Shown here piece by piece: positions 22,796 through 35,620 of a stretch of 44,390 nucleotides of DNA. Location of the stretch: assembly GCA_002633005.1 (NCBI GenBank), contig NMRA01001167.1, positions 1-44,390 of the forward strand, written 5' to 3'. Origin of the DNA: Phoronis australis (taxonomy: Eukaryota > Animalia > Phoronida). Numbering within the stretch: the stretch's first letter is position 1; each line of letters starts with the position of its first letter. Both the position numbers and the translations under genes were made by a program. The notes below the pieces were generated by a model. That model was given only the letters and a program-made list of their open reading frames with translations. It was not told the DNA's origin and searched no databases.

Positions 22796-25149
22796 TAACA
22801 TTCCGTTTCGAGTTAACTGAAGTTACAGATCCTGTGGTCCAATCAAAAACGTCTCATTATACTTCTTTTCGACAACTGGTTCTGGTAGCAATTTGCAAAA
22901 AATGACTACAAACAACGTTTGTGATACACATTAGGTCACAGACTCTCATTGTCTTATATTTTGCTTCAACACAAAGATTCATCGTCGCTTAGTTGATTCA
23001 TTCGGGCTCCAGCTTTGTGCTACGCGGAACTTTGTAAGTGTTAAACCGTTTGTTTGACATGCACTAGTTTCCCTTCCGACGGATGAGTTTTTATTTACTC
23101 ACAAATACATAATCTACCAAAATCCAATTCTTGGCTCTTGTCGCACTACGAACTGATTTCAATGACAGATAATAACCTCTTTCCATAAACTATACTCTAC
23201 CACAATAATAAAATAAGAGAGACACAAACAACACGTGATTCCCGAAAATCTTGGGTCATGGCTGAATATATAAATAAACTGACCCCTACATTTGGTAGAA
23301 AACGAATGCGAAAGCACGCACAACAGAGATGATTTAAGGAAAGTTTGACATTACAAACGCGACCTCAGAGTATGACGCAGCACATGTTATCACTACGACC
23401 TTCTCAGGAGTGTGTGTCAATCCTTGTACCTTCCAGGTACTAACCGGTACAAACTGCTACAGAACACACAGCCGACGTCCAAAGGTAGATTTGGGCCATC
23501 GAACGATAAGCCCTCCTTTTGCGATTAANGGGGGGGGAAGTGAGAACACAGATATAGACCTGTAGTGAATCTATGCTACCATGAATCTCGAGTAACCCGA
23601 ATCTTCTGACTTACTAAACAGTAGATGGAACAGTGACTAGAATTCAAAAAAATTCTAATAACTGTTACCATCGCAATTCTACTGCAACGAACTTCAACTG
23701 CAATAGGGTCGTAAGCGCTGCATTACTCAAAGCTGGTGTTCACCGGCCCCTTTTTAAAAAGCGGATAACAATCCGAAAAAAAAGTGCCCATATTTTGAGA
23801 ACCAGTTTGATGCCCGTTATTCAGTGGAGAAAGCTGGTTCTCAACATGCGGTCACGCTGCATCCGACCATTACCGAAAAGCCTCTACAAACCCACAATCC
23901 ATCGTAAAAACAATATTTGATTTACACTATATTTGCCGTTACGTTTTTTGTTTCGACTCGTTTCTTAATGAAATTGGAGGTGATTACAGGGTTCGAAAGA
24001 ACTGACAGTTGGTTGAGCTCACGATCTTAGGTCGAGTTGGATTGTCATAACGAGTCATTCTATGCGCCAAGAACGGTCTTTAGCGAATAACGAACTGCCA
24101 GTTCTTTGCAAACCCGGAAATCCCTACTCATTCGAATAAGGAACAAGTTGATATCAATTTTCTAATGTTAAAACTCAAAAGCTCGCTTCATGGACGGAAC
24201 GCAGGTTTATTGGCTCTTTAAGAGATGAGCCGTCCCCCAACTAGGTAAACAAATGATAGTATAACTTTTTCCGAGCCCTATTTTGCACAAGTCTGTCCCA
24301 GATACGTACCAACTGAATTAATTTATTGTGATAATACATCGCTTGTTTAGGCGAAAAGAGCAAAGGGCGTTCTGCATAAAATTAAGTAAGCTTGATAACA
24401 AAACGACAGGAACAGTGTCGGCACACCAGTATACCAAAGTTGTCAACAAATTAATGGAGATTCATAATGGCGGCTTGACTCGGTTACTTTAAGATTCTGA
24501 CGCCGATCAGAAGAGTTTGTGACAAAAATGGCCATATCGGGCGATTATCGCCGGGTGCTACAGCCAGCCGTCGCTGTCAAAATCACATTACAAACTTGTC
24601 AACTGTCCAGCTTTTGGCGGGACTCTCACGCTTTTTGAAAGTTTGTGCCGCAGTCTCGCAACAACATGAAATGTCCCAATTTCTGACACACGGCAAATTG
24701 ACTTATTATATCACATATCATTGTCAGTGGCTTCAACACAACCCCACCCCAAGAAAAACGCTACATTTTCGGGTGTTGCGACATCCGTATACTTTCGTGC
24801 AAAAAGAAACATCGGAGCGTTTTCGGGTAAGTAGTTACCTGTTTTTTTTTTCATTTCTGATGTCCCGTTTTTCATTTCCGAATTCTGCCAGCTATGCCAC
24901 TGATCCAGTGAAAAGCAAGTCGATCATGCTGGCTAGGCGATCAAATCAAATCGACTCGGGGTCGGTTGAACATCGCGCGATATTTGTTCAAGGCATAAGC
25001 TGTTATCAAAAACATTTACACAAATTTTTGACATATTATGATTTTTTTCAATTACTCTCTGATACTTAAAAACTGGTAAATGAACTTATTTGTATGCGTA
25101 AAGTGTACATGAACAGCGTAGATTTCTGGTAAAGGAAAAACTGGCATAC

Positions 25150-25453
25150 CGGGTTGAATTTTTGGATGGGTCACCTCAATTGGCCAGAAGATATCGCGCA
25201 AGGCATCTATCCACTTCTGACACTCTGTTTCGCTGTCGCCCGCAAATCTTAAGGGGGGTCCATCGTCCAGTAAATCAAACGCATGCTCCATGGTTTTCGA
25301 CTTGCTTCGTTTAATTGCGCTGACGTTATCCAGCAAAATGGAATAATATTTCTTGCTGGAACCGTGGTCGTGGTAGAAATCTAGCTTTGCAACAGATTTG
25401 CCTGCTGACAAATCGCTCATTTGATGAAGTGACAACCATTTTCTTTTCCATGC
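25150..25453 (-). CDS. DOK/IRS-type adaptor, exon 2 (PH domain), copy A
   Basis: Acceptor ttttctAG, donor GTATG, 304 nt. AWKRKWLSL...KLDFY...AIKRSKSKTMEHAFDL...LRFAGDSETECQKWIDALR is a PH signature. Confidence 0.8.
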
Positions 25454-27028
25454 CTAGAAAATAAAACGAAGGAAGTGGCGAACAACTTCTTATTCACATA
25501 AAAAGCAATAGTTGCTGCAAATGTTAGAAATTGCGAATAATAAAATTAAAACTAATAAAACAAAAACAAATTCCGAAGTTGGCCAAAGCTGATCAAAACT
25601 GTGTCTGGCACTGTTCTAAAGTTTAACTAAGCTATTTGGTTCATGGTTGCCCGACATTACCTTAGCAAAAATATAGGGTCTCGGAAAAGAAATATTTATA
25701 TTGCCTGAAAACTGCTTTTATGCTGGGTTTTGCTTCACATCGCGCATAGCTCAATTTGTAAGGTACACAGAAGTAATGTACAGTGCATCAGTTTTTGTGC
25801 ATTTTTACCAAGCTATATAATGTTTGAACTATGAACGGTATCGAGTCTCGAGTCACCCAAGTAACATTACGAAGCTTCAGGTCAAAGTTACGTTCAGGCG
25901 GTGGTTATGTAAATTTAGCTGTCAGTGGGGCTCAGCCGGCCATGATTGTCAAAAGACTTTTATAAAGAGTTTTCAATTAAAAATTATAACGTTTTATTTA
26001 ATAGCTGGTTGCAACCCAACAGCTGTTGGAAGCATTAATTAGTCGTTTGAGAAGTATGCTTACAAAANAAGCTCGCTTCATGGACGGAACGCAGGTTTAT
26101 TGGCTCTTTAAGAGATGAGCCGTCCCCCAACTAGGTAAACAAATGATAGTATAACTTTTTCCGAGCCCTATTTTGCACAAGTCTGTCCCAGATACGTACC
26201 GACTGAATTAATTTATTGAGATAATACATCGCTTGTTTAGGCGAAAAGAGCAAAGGGCGTTCTGCATAAAATTAAGTAAGTTTGATAACAAAACGACAGG
26301 AACAGTGTCGGCACACCAGTGTTTTGGTACTATACCAAAGTTGTCAACAAATCAATGTAGATTCATAGCGGCGGCTTGACTCCGTTACTTTAAGATTCTG
26401 ACGCCGATCAGAAGAGTTTGTGACAAAAATGGCCATATCGGGCGATTATCGCCGGGTGCGACAGCCAGCCGGCCGTCAAAATCACATTACAAACTTGTCA
26501 ACTGTCCAGCTTTTGGCGGGACTCTCACGCTTTCTGAAAGTTTGTGCCGCCGTCTCGCAACAACATGAAATGTCCCAATTTCTGACACACGGCAAATTGA
26601 CTTATTATATCACATATCATTGTCAGTGGCTTCAACACAACTCCACCCCAAGAAAAACGCTACGTTTTCGGGTGTTGCGACATCCGTATACTTTCGTGCA
26701 AAAAGAAACATCGAAGCGTTTTCGGGTAAGTAGTTACCTTTTTTTCATTTCTGATGTCCCGTTTTTCATTTCCGAATTCTGCCAGCTATGCCACTGATCC
26801 AATGAAAAGCAAGTCGATCATGCTGGCTTGGCGATCAAACCAAAACGACTCGGGGTCGGCTGAGCATCGCGCGATATTTGTTCAAGGCATAAGCTGTTAT
26901 CAAAAACATTGGCACAATTTTTTTTTTCAATTACTCTCTGATACTTAACGACTGGTAAATGAACTTATTTGTATGCGTAAAGTGTACATGAACAGCGTAG
27001 ATTTCTGGTAAAGGAAAAACTGGCATAC

Positions 27029-27332
27029 CGGGTTGAATTTTTGGATGGGTCACCTCAATCGGCCAAAAGATATCGCGCAAGGCATCTATCCACTTCTGAC
27101 ACTCTGTTTCGCTGTCGCCCGCAAATCTTAAGGGGGGTCCATCGTCCAGTAAATCAAACGCATGCTCCATGGTTTTCGACTTGCTTCGTTTAATTGCGCT
27201 GACGTTATCCAGCAAAATGGAATAATATTTCTTGCTGGAACCGTGGTCGTGGTAGAAATCTAGCTTTGCAACAGATTTGCCTGCTGACAAATCGCTCATT
27301 TGATGAAGTGACAACCATTTTCTTTTCCATGC
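27029..27332 (-). CDS. DOK/IRS-type adaptor, exon 2 (PH domain), copy B
   Basis: Same splice sites and the same amino-acid sequence as copy A, with only synonymous differences seen. Confidence 0.8.
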
Positions 27333-28202
27333 CTAGAAAATAAAACGAAGGAAGTGGCGAACACCTTCTTATTCACATAAAAAGCAATGGTTGCTGCAAA
27401 TGTTAGAAATTGCGAATAAGAAAATTAAAACTAATAAAGCAAAAACAAATTCCGAAGTTGGCCAAAGCTGATCAAAACTGTGTCTGGCACTGTTCTAAAG
27501 TTTAACTAAGCTATTTGGTTCATGGATGCTCGACATTACCTTAGCAAAAATATAGGGTCTCGGAAAAGAAATATTTATATTGCCTGAAAACTGCTTTTAT
27601 GCTGGGTTTTGCTTCACATCGCGCATAGCTCAATTTGTAAGGTACACAGAAGTAATGTACAGTGCATCAGTTTTTGTGCATTTTTACCAAGCTATATAAT
27701 GTTTGAACTATGAACGGTATCGAGTCTCGAGTCACCCAAGTAACATTACGAAGCTTCAGGTCAAAGTTACGTTCAGGCGGTGGTTATGTAAATTTAGCTG
27801 TCAGTGGGGCTCAGCCGGCCATGATTGTCAAAAGACTTTTATAAAGAGTTTTCAATTAAAAATTATAACGTTTTATTTAATAGCTGGTTGCAACCCAACA
27901 GCTGTTGGAAGCATTAATTAGTCGTTTGAGAAGTATGCTTACAAAAGATTGTTTAATCATGCCGCTGTCGAGTCTACGATTGAAGATCAGTAGCCTACAA
28001 TAATACTATTCGGAATAGTATTATTGTGGACAGTGATGATGAGATTTGTCCTTATAGGCGCCAAAGGTATCATTTTTAATTAACCCAAGGGTCTTCATAA
28101 ACCCAGCTAAGTAAGCCAATCTTTGGTTAAACATCAGACGTTTAGTAGGTTTACCTATAACACTCAAGTTCGAAAGAGAAGTTTGGCAGTTAGGTCACTC
28201 AC

Positions 28203-28283
28203 CTTGATCCGTATTCCATGCGTTTTGGTTGGAATCTTGACGTGAATATACCCAGCCTTTTGGATAGGTTTTACGTTATCCAT
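28203..28283 (-). CDS. DOK/IRS-type adaptor, exon 1 (MDNVKPIQKAGYIHVKIPTKTHGIRIK)
   Basis: ggcATGG start, 27 codons, phase-0 donor AAG|GTGAGT. KAGYIHVK is a PH beta-1 strand that continues into AWKRKW. Confidence 0.85.
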
Positions 28284-31019
28284 GCCGGACAATCAAAGAT
28301 CGAACCTGTCAATGTCACTTCAAACCCTGGTGACCAGTGGAGAGGGTCTGCCCACTTACACAAGAAACACGATTGCAGTCATGATGATAACGAAATGTTA
28401 GGATTGCATAACCAGATAATTTTGGCTGTCAGCAGTACGCAGAGCCAACGCATTCCGGAAAAATCTAATCAACATTTCGAGTCATCATTTTTCAACCTGG
28501 ATAACTGAAACTGCATCCATATTTCAGACTATCCAACAAGGTTTGTTTGCTGGTTTGAACTGTGCCTTGGCCTTTGATCCGCTACAAATAAGCGCCCTCT
28601 TGCGGTGAAAGGCGTGCCGGGATACGCAAATGATAAGACGAAAATTATCAGCGTTTGGTAATCGTGCTGACTGCAGAAGTTCCGACTTAGATTTTGATAC
28701 CCGGTTTGCGAACTCAGTACCATCTGCAGTGCTGTAGTGGGGCGTAGGCGCACGCAGGCGCAACCAACCACCTTTTGGTGTTCAAGTGAACGTAGCGCCT
28801 ACGCACCGGCATTGCTCACGGTGATGCGGTGGGCTTTCATGGGCGCCTACTTACCACTAATTTTACCACTACACCACTGGCCATCTGTGACGGTCGCGTA
28901 TCTTGAATAAAATGTGCGAAAATCGAATTTGGGTATATGGCTGAAGAGTAAACCCAAGAGTATGAAAAAGATCTAGATATGTACACATATTTGATACTGC
29001 GGTCCTAAGTTGATCGGCCGGCATCGTCTCGCCAGCAACTCCGAGATGAATGTGCCCAAACAACTCCACAGTATTCACGGCCTGGTGCCATAAATTTGTT
29101 ATAAAGCGCTGTTTTTGCCATTTACCTGCTAATAAGAGAATATGTTTTATATTTTTGGGTCACACGGGACACAATGTAACAATCATCATCACATTGTTTA
29201 CTCCACTGTAAACTACAGTTCTATGACCATCTGGTTCTCCACCATGCCAGTGCACATGAGTTGCGCATGCTCAACTCGAAACTGTGGACTCGTGTATTCC
29301 TCCTCAATGAAACCACCAAGGATGTGCTTCAAATGTACTTATACTCATTTGTGTCATGCAGAGCGGAAATATTTTGCTTTTCCAAACAGTCACACAAACT
29401 GGCATTCGGAAAATCGTATGAAAGAGTCGATCAGGGGAGAAGTCAGGGGTGTAGTAAATTTGGGGGATGTCAAAAATAATTTTACTAACTTCATAAAATC
29501 TTTTGAAACCTTATGTATTCATACTGGGCGATGAATTGAAAGCATGTGCGTTTGATTTTTCGGTAATGTTGCCCTTTCTGAAAAGGGTTTGATCAATTTA
29601 GCATGTTTCACTTACTGTCAAAGGTTTCGTGGACCTTATCAGTCGATTTCTACAAAAATGAAATTAGTAAAAGTAATAGTTTCTCAAACCGGATGTTGTT
29701 GCGTACCGAGTGAAACCGTGATTCCTGTTGCGACATTTAATGTCGCACGCGACACACACTGTCACTCGACCTCGCTTTTCACCCCCGGGCTTTTTAGTTG
29801 GAGTCAACAAGGAGTCGTGTCCGAGACACCCGCAGGTTTTCAGTCCCAGCCCCGATAAATAACAAATTTCCTTTGACTTGAGCAATGATGCCAGAAACGG
29901 GTAATAAAACCAAAGAAACCTGCAAGACGGATTCGAAGCCACCATTTAAAGGCCTACTTTAGTACCAAATCGACTATTTTTATGTATTAATGTTATGAAA
30001 AACATCAACATACGGTGTCATGGCATACCCTTGTCGTTAATTAAGTAGACCTTTTACAATACAGCAGCCTCATCACGAACCCCATTTAGCGCCAAAAATT
30101 GAGATGGCGCTCGCACCAATCGAAGTCTACATGACTGACATCGACGACACAATAAATTTGGCTTTCACCCTGTCTCTATCGTATTGGAATCAGCGACGAC
30201 TGGCAGGTTAATTTAATGCAAAATACATGGAAAATCAAGGAAACACATTAACTGTTCATTTCATGTCATCATTACCTTTAGAACTTTTTATTCAATTAAT
30301 TAACACACAATCTAATACTGGCCGTATGGGAGTCCCCAGGAGGATGACTGGGGTCACATAACAGTCGAAAAAACAAAACGCTTCGTCCGAATTGTTTTCA
30401 GGCAATTTCACAATGTTTATTGCAAAGTGTAGTTTGCTTGATTAAAGAATTTTATGTTAGGATAGTGACAAGATTTTTCCGCAACACGTGGGTCAATTTT
30501 TACGAAATTTGCAAATATGAAATCCTCTAGGACTGAAGTAAAATCGCGTGCCAGGGTTTTTTGATACATGGACCAGATTTTTAGTTATTAGACAGAAAGT
30601 GACCAAATGACAAAAAGTGGCGTGCTTGCCCCAACTCACACGCAAAAAATGCCACAAAATCAAGATCATAATGATTTTGTACACATATTTGGTATGGATA
30701 AGTAGAATATTGCGTAAGGAAACAGTTGATGATAATCCCTGTGCATTTTGAAAAAAATCGAGGTAAAATTAGATTTTTTGAAAATTAAAAAATACGATTA
30801 AAAAAAACGTACAAAAATAACTTTTTTATTTTTGTCACTTTCAGAGTCATGTCTAACTAGTTAAAACTCCCTTTTTACTCATTTTAGTTAGGAACCCGGA
30901 GATTTGACCAGTGTATACACCTACCTTAAACCATATGAAATCGATCGGCTGTAAGTGTCCTGAAAAAACGCATTATTTGGGCTTAAAAGGCCCTGGTCTT
31001 ATATTCCAGGTAATACGGT

Positions 31020-31102
31020 ACACATGCATATTACATACGCATACGCATGTACATACAAGTACACACACACGCGTTGGCGCACACGCACACACACACGCAC
31101 AC
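31020..31102. repeat. Degenerate (CA)n microsatellite
   Basis: acacacacac and acgcacac runs. Confidence 0.75.
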
Positions 31103-32289
31103 TTCAGTGTCTTTCGCCGCTGGTCGAACAAAAGAGGGCGCTGTCTTTACAAGTGGCGAAAGTAAAAAGGATGTTGATCATGTATCGCAATTAGTTCCAC
31201 TCAATTAGTAAAAGAAACTCGAATAATTTTTATTTTAATAATGTTACTTTTTTTTAAATTCACACATTTGTTGTGAATTCAATGGCGACTGGTCTTAAAA
31301 CTCAAAGCAGTATTTTGCACCAGTGTAAATATGTGATTGTTTTACTTAAAAGTTGTGTCCGCTTACCATCGGGCATCTACTTGTGATCCCCGACGTCTGG
31401 TTCGTCGAGGCTTAAACTCAGAAATTTATGATAAGCTCGTAACCGCTTAATCGTCAGTTGCGAGCTCGTAATCAATAATGGGCATGAAATTTAGTATACT
31501 TACACGGATTTCCACCGAAAGGGAAACCCGTGAATGGCAAACATGCTCCTGTTCAGTAACGCTACGACCTCGCTAAAAAGCAAGACTTCGCGACATTACC
31601 GCGACATTACGTAAGATATTGCCATGTATTTTAAATAAGAACACGTGACTTAGATCTTAGGTAGGTCCTAGCGTCTAGTGAACGCACGCCAGGCCTCCCG
31701 CGCCTTCATAACAGCTAACCAGCCCGAAAAACACGAAACTCTACGAATTAAAACAGGAATCCGGGGATCGGTCAGGACACTCGGGGTCCGAAACACCACT
31801 ACCTGTTCTGCCCTTTGCGTTCGCCTGTGACTCATGGCGACACATTGGCCGGTAGAAGTTCTCCGTCTAGCTTCATTTTTTTCAATCGCAAAATAGGAGT
31901 TTCTGATCGGCAGTCATCGTAAAATCGTATGCAGTGCTAAGTGATCAGTGCTAAAATAACGTAAACAAGCTTTGTGCGAGTCACTTTTTGATAAGCTTGC
32001 ATGTGCAGAACAGAACACCTAAACAGGATAGCGGACCAACTAGTCTCCTGCCAGTTAAAATTAAACAACATACATTGTATATGATCACTAACACTGATCT
32101 GTTAATTTACTTTTTTTGCTATACAAGTTGACCGTGCATTGGCATTCATTAGGCATTGCATTTACCAAAGGTTAGGTTCTGATTTTCCAAAATTTAGGCC
32201 AAATTGTGTTTTTGTTGGTACTATTTTACCTGTAGCTCCAGGTATGAAAATACTTTCTTATTTAATATTTCAAGCGTAAATGAAGTGTC

Positions 32290-32471
32290 TGACGTCATCA
32301 CTACCAAACGCGTTTACTTACCGCGAAGACGTAACCTGTGTGATAACTGAAAACTTCCCTAACGTGGTTTGACGCGAAATCCCCGCTGTTAATAAAATTA
32401 TCGGCACTTTCTATGTTGCTATCAGTGAATTAATCAAAGTTATGTGATCTGTCAAACGCCAACAATATAAG
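32290..32471 (+). promoter_or_regulatory. Putative neuropeptide-gene promoter: palindromic CRE and TATA box
   Basis: TGACGTCA at 32290-32297 and TATAAG at 32466-32471, upstream of the coding-exon acceptor (CAGTAG, 32615-32620). Confidence 0.55.
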
Positions 32472-32655
32472 AAACAACAGTTAATTGTGGAGCGCTAATT
32501 ATCGCCATCTCCGTCTCTCAAGACATCTACGTCTGCACGCTATCAAATTCAATCAAGGCTTTCGGTTGGTACAAAAATCAGAGTTGATTTAAAAACCGAT
32601 CTTTGACTCTTCTCCAGTAGACCCCATTTGGTTTGGACCTTCCTCCGCACGAAAA

Positions 32656-32818
32656 ATGGGACTTCTGCTTTCGCGAACAGTAATTTTGTTCTTTGTCATC
32701 AGCCTATACACATGTACTTTCATCCACGCCAGCCTGGATCATGACGATTTGGAAATGTGGCCATTTTTCCGATATGGGAAGAGAAAAGGCGTCAACAATC
32801 AACACGAAGATGTTACAC
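32656..32818 (+). CDS. Neuropeptide precursor, coding exon 1 (signal peptide + SLDHDDLEMWPFFRY-G-KR)
   Basis: aaaaATGG start, hydrophobic 25-aa signal ending in IHA, amidation/cleavage signal GKR, phase-1 donor C|GTAAGG at 32819. Confidence 0.82.
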
Positions 32819-32863
32819 GTAAGGGCTGCACGAATCGTTAAAACCGTACTACGAACTAGGTAT

Positions 32864-32930
32864 TATGTATTGGCATATATGTATTGACAGATATGTATTG
32901 ACAGATATGTATTGCCAGACATGTATTGCA
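32864..32930. repeat. 14-bp tandem repeat (atatgtattgacag), about 4.5 copies
   Basis: Directly visible at the start of the intron. Confidence 0.8.
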
Positions 32931-34202
32931 CTTTCAAAAACTAAATACAAAGATACTGTACAGTTATACTCATTTCTGGCAACTTCCGATGTCCAGAATC
33001 TCCGGTCGGCCAACTTTAAATTTACATTTGTTATTTTATTGGCCAAACTACCACTGTCGTCTTTCTCTCAGGCGACCTTCGAAAGAAATTTTGATATGAA
33101 AAATGGGGTACCGTTTCTACATTATGCGTAAAACGAACAATGACGGCACAACATTTTTCGGACCTGGTGACTATGGCGGGCATATGGTAAGGTGAAAGTT
33201 AGATTGGTGCGGAGAGAGTTTCCCACTAAAAGTTCGTTACGAAAAAGGCTCGAGAAAGTAGTCTAAACGTGACCAAAAACCTTTCAATACGTAAATCCGA
33301 GTCTAGTGCAAGACTCTTGTGACAAACTCAAGAGAAGTAAAGTTGTAATAGTGAAGTCAGGACCTACAATATCGTCACGTCGCATTCTATTCTTAAGATG
33401 ATATAGTGGGCGTGCTAATACGGGGGAAACATTCAAGTTGCACAGAATAGCTTTTTAAAATCGTTCATCCATTTGTAAGGTTTCATTGTCATTTTAAAAT
33501 TGAATTAAGAGCAAAAAGCTTGAATTTACTGAAAGTGATCGACTTTACGGGCTAAATATAAATGTACAATGACCAGATTCGGTTCTGTGGTGTCTTTTAT
33601 TTACCGCAAGATCCATCATCCGTACACCCATCATCCGTGTATTACTACAGGATAATTACAATTACGAAAGCCATTAGCGCCGGACAAAAATTAATTTTGA
33701 TTCCGTTATAACAGATAATTAACTCTAAGCCTCAACTAGAGCTCCGCTTAAGTTATTAAAATGTACCAAGTCACCCCTAACTTCTTGTTATTCCGATGAA
33801 CACGGAGGCTCTTTTAGCGTGGAGTGAATGACCCTAAAGTGAAAAAAAATGAGTAGAATTAAAAAGACTTTCCATATTTTCAAATTCACTAAGTGTTTAC
33901 AATTTGAGTTTATTTTTTCAAGTTATGTACATAGGCCCTGGGTTGACTGCGTGATACTTGTTTCCTGGAACTAGTGACTTGATTACATGTTCTTTACTGG
34001 ATACATCTATTAGCAGTAAAAATCGTTGATGTTGACGATTCACTGAAGTTAATGAAACCCCTCATGTTGATTTGATGTATATACGTGAGCAGGAATTTAA
34101 TCGATCGTTAAAAATTGATGTAATTTCTTTTCGAATATATTTTAAGTGTGCGTTGAAGTGTCATTTTGTATTTTATTATACTTCCTTTACAAAACATTCC
34201 AG

Positions 34203-34330
34203 GACAAGAATTGCAAGATTCATTGAGACTGCTACGTAGAATGGAGAACCACAAAAGTTCGAAAATATTTTCAAAGAACTTTCAAACCATTCTGAGAAAA
34301 CTTAGGCAGGAAGCAAAAGAACTGGATTAA
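34203..34330 (+). CDS. Neuropeptide precursor, coding exon 2 (RQELQDSLRLLRRMENHKSSKIFSKNFQTILRKLRQEAKELD*)
   Basis: Acceptor cattccAG at 34201-34202, phase 1 matching the upstream donor, open to TAA at 34328-34330. Purine-rich, exon-like composition. Confidence 0.7.
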
Positions 34331-35620
34331 TATCTTCCAATAGTGGACTTCGAATTTGTTTTCCGATGAAACCGATACATGGCTATATTTCAAACAACAT
34401 TGTTGTCGAACACCTGACTCAATCAGACATCAGGTGACGTTTGCATGTGAACCGTGAAAAGAAATTTTTGCCCAGTGCCAGTACTTTGCAAAAATTTGAA
34501 ATCGGTTTTCATTGTATGACAACATAGTGTCACTGAGTAGTGACCGACAGCGAAAATCGACACGAGAAAAAGGCGCAAGAAGTTCATGGCAACGAAATAT
34601 ACTACAAAAGGCCGACATCACAAGACGTCGTTGTTGCAGTTGCAAAGCGATCTGAGGGAAATGGAAAACTTGAATACCTTTTTGTGCAAAACAAGTGAAG
34701 AATTACCGTATCCATTTACAGCAGTCTGCCACTATCGCTCTTTTCAATAACATTAGCCTACAGCCGAAATGACTGCATCACAACTGTACGTTTCAAACGG
34801 CAGCAGATCTGTGATTTATTTTTTTGCGTACATTATTAAAAACTGCACAATGATTTGACAAAATGTGGACATTGGCAACAGCGTTAGAGGCTTCTGAAAC
34901 TGAAAAGGGCAATTCTTGCCGTCATTTGTACCGAAATTGACGAGATTTTACCGTACTTGGTCTTAGACGTGAAACAAAATCGGCTATTCATAAGAACTTC
35001 ATGTACCGTATAATTCTACGTTTAATAAGTTGAACACAGTTCTGTTACAGTACCAACGCTTTGTTCAAAGTCTGTTTCGCACGTTATCATCTCCGTGCCT
35101 TTGGCCCACTCTGTGGCAGCACAAACAATGGAAAATCATTAGTACCAGTTACCTTTTCCTAGCGTGTTTTTGAAGTTATCCTCAATACTGGAGTTATGTA
35201 TCATTCTCCTAACTATTCGGTGTCGTGTATTTAGCGTTTGAAATAAAACACGTGACTTATAAAATACGTTGCTTAATGATTTCATTACGAAAATGCTCAG
35301 AGGTAAAAAATTCAGCTTTTCTGACTGAAAGTTTCCGGGTGTTTAAAATTAAAGAGATAATTTTAAAAAACCCTGTTTAGGTAGATAAAACGAAAATCGA
35401 TTTAAGCCTTCAACCAAGGAGTGTAGTAGTATAGGAGAGTTCACTTGTGAGTTCGCTGTTACCACTACTACTAGCGCCGCCAAGTNTGGGGTTGGGGTTG
35501 GGGTTAGGGCAAGGAGTGTAGTAGTATATAGGAGAGTTCACTTGTGAGTTCGCTGTTACCGCTACTACTAGCGTCGCCAAGTGGTGATTGAGCAAATGTC
35601 AACCAGGAAGCGCCAAAACA

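Larger units (their letters stand above)
24177..27946. repeat. Apparent ~1.89-kb tandem duplication (24177-26067 / 26069-27946) joined at an N, probably an uncollapsed allelic overlap
   Basis: Near-identical copies with scattered SNPs and small indels, and a single N at 26068 exactly at the junction. Confidence 0.9.

Noticed and set aside
22336-22905. Poly-V, poly-L/Q and poly-M/T ORFs
   Set aside because: Translations of trinucleotide microsatellites.
24596-26948. 157-aa and 125-aa plus-strand ORFs
   Set aside because: Intronic, with no domain, and the reading frame differs between the two duplicate copies because of indels.
29947-31010. DNA transposon with a TTAAAGG terminus
   Set aside because: The sequence looks repeat-derived, but no matching opposite TIR or TSD could be established by eye. 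The same applies to 38632-39222.
35487-35509. True telomere or interstitial telomeric array
   Set aside because: Only one TTAGGG among GGGTT repeats, too short, and adjacent to an N.
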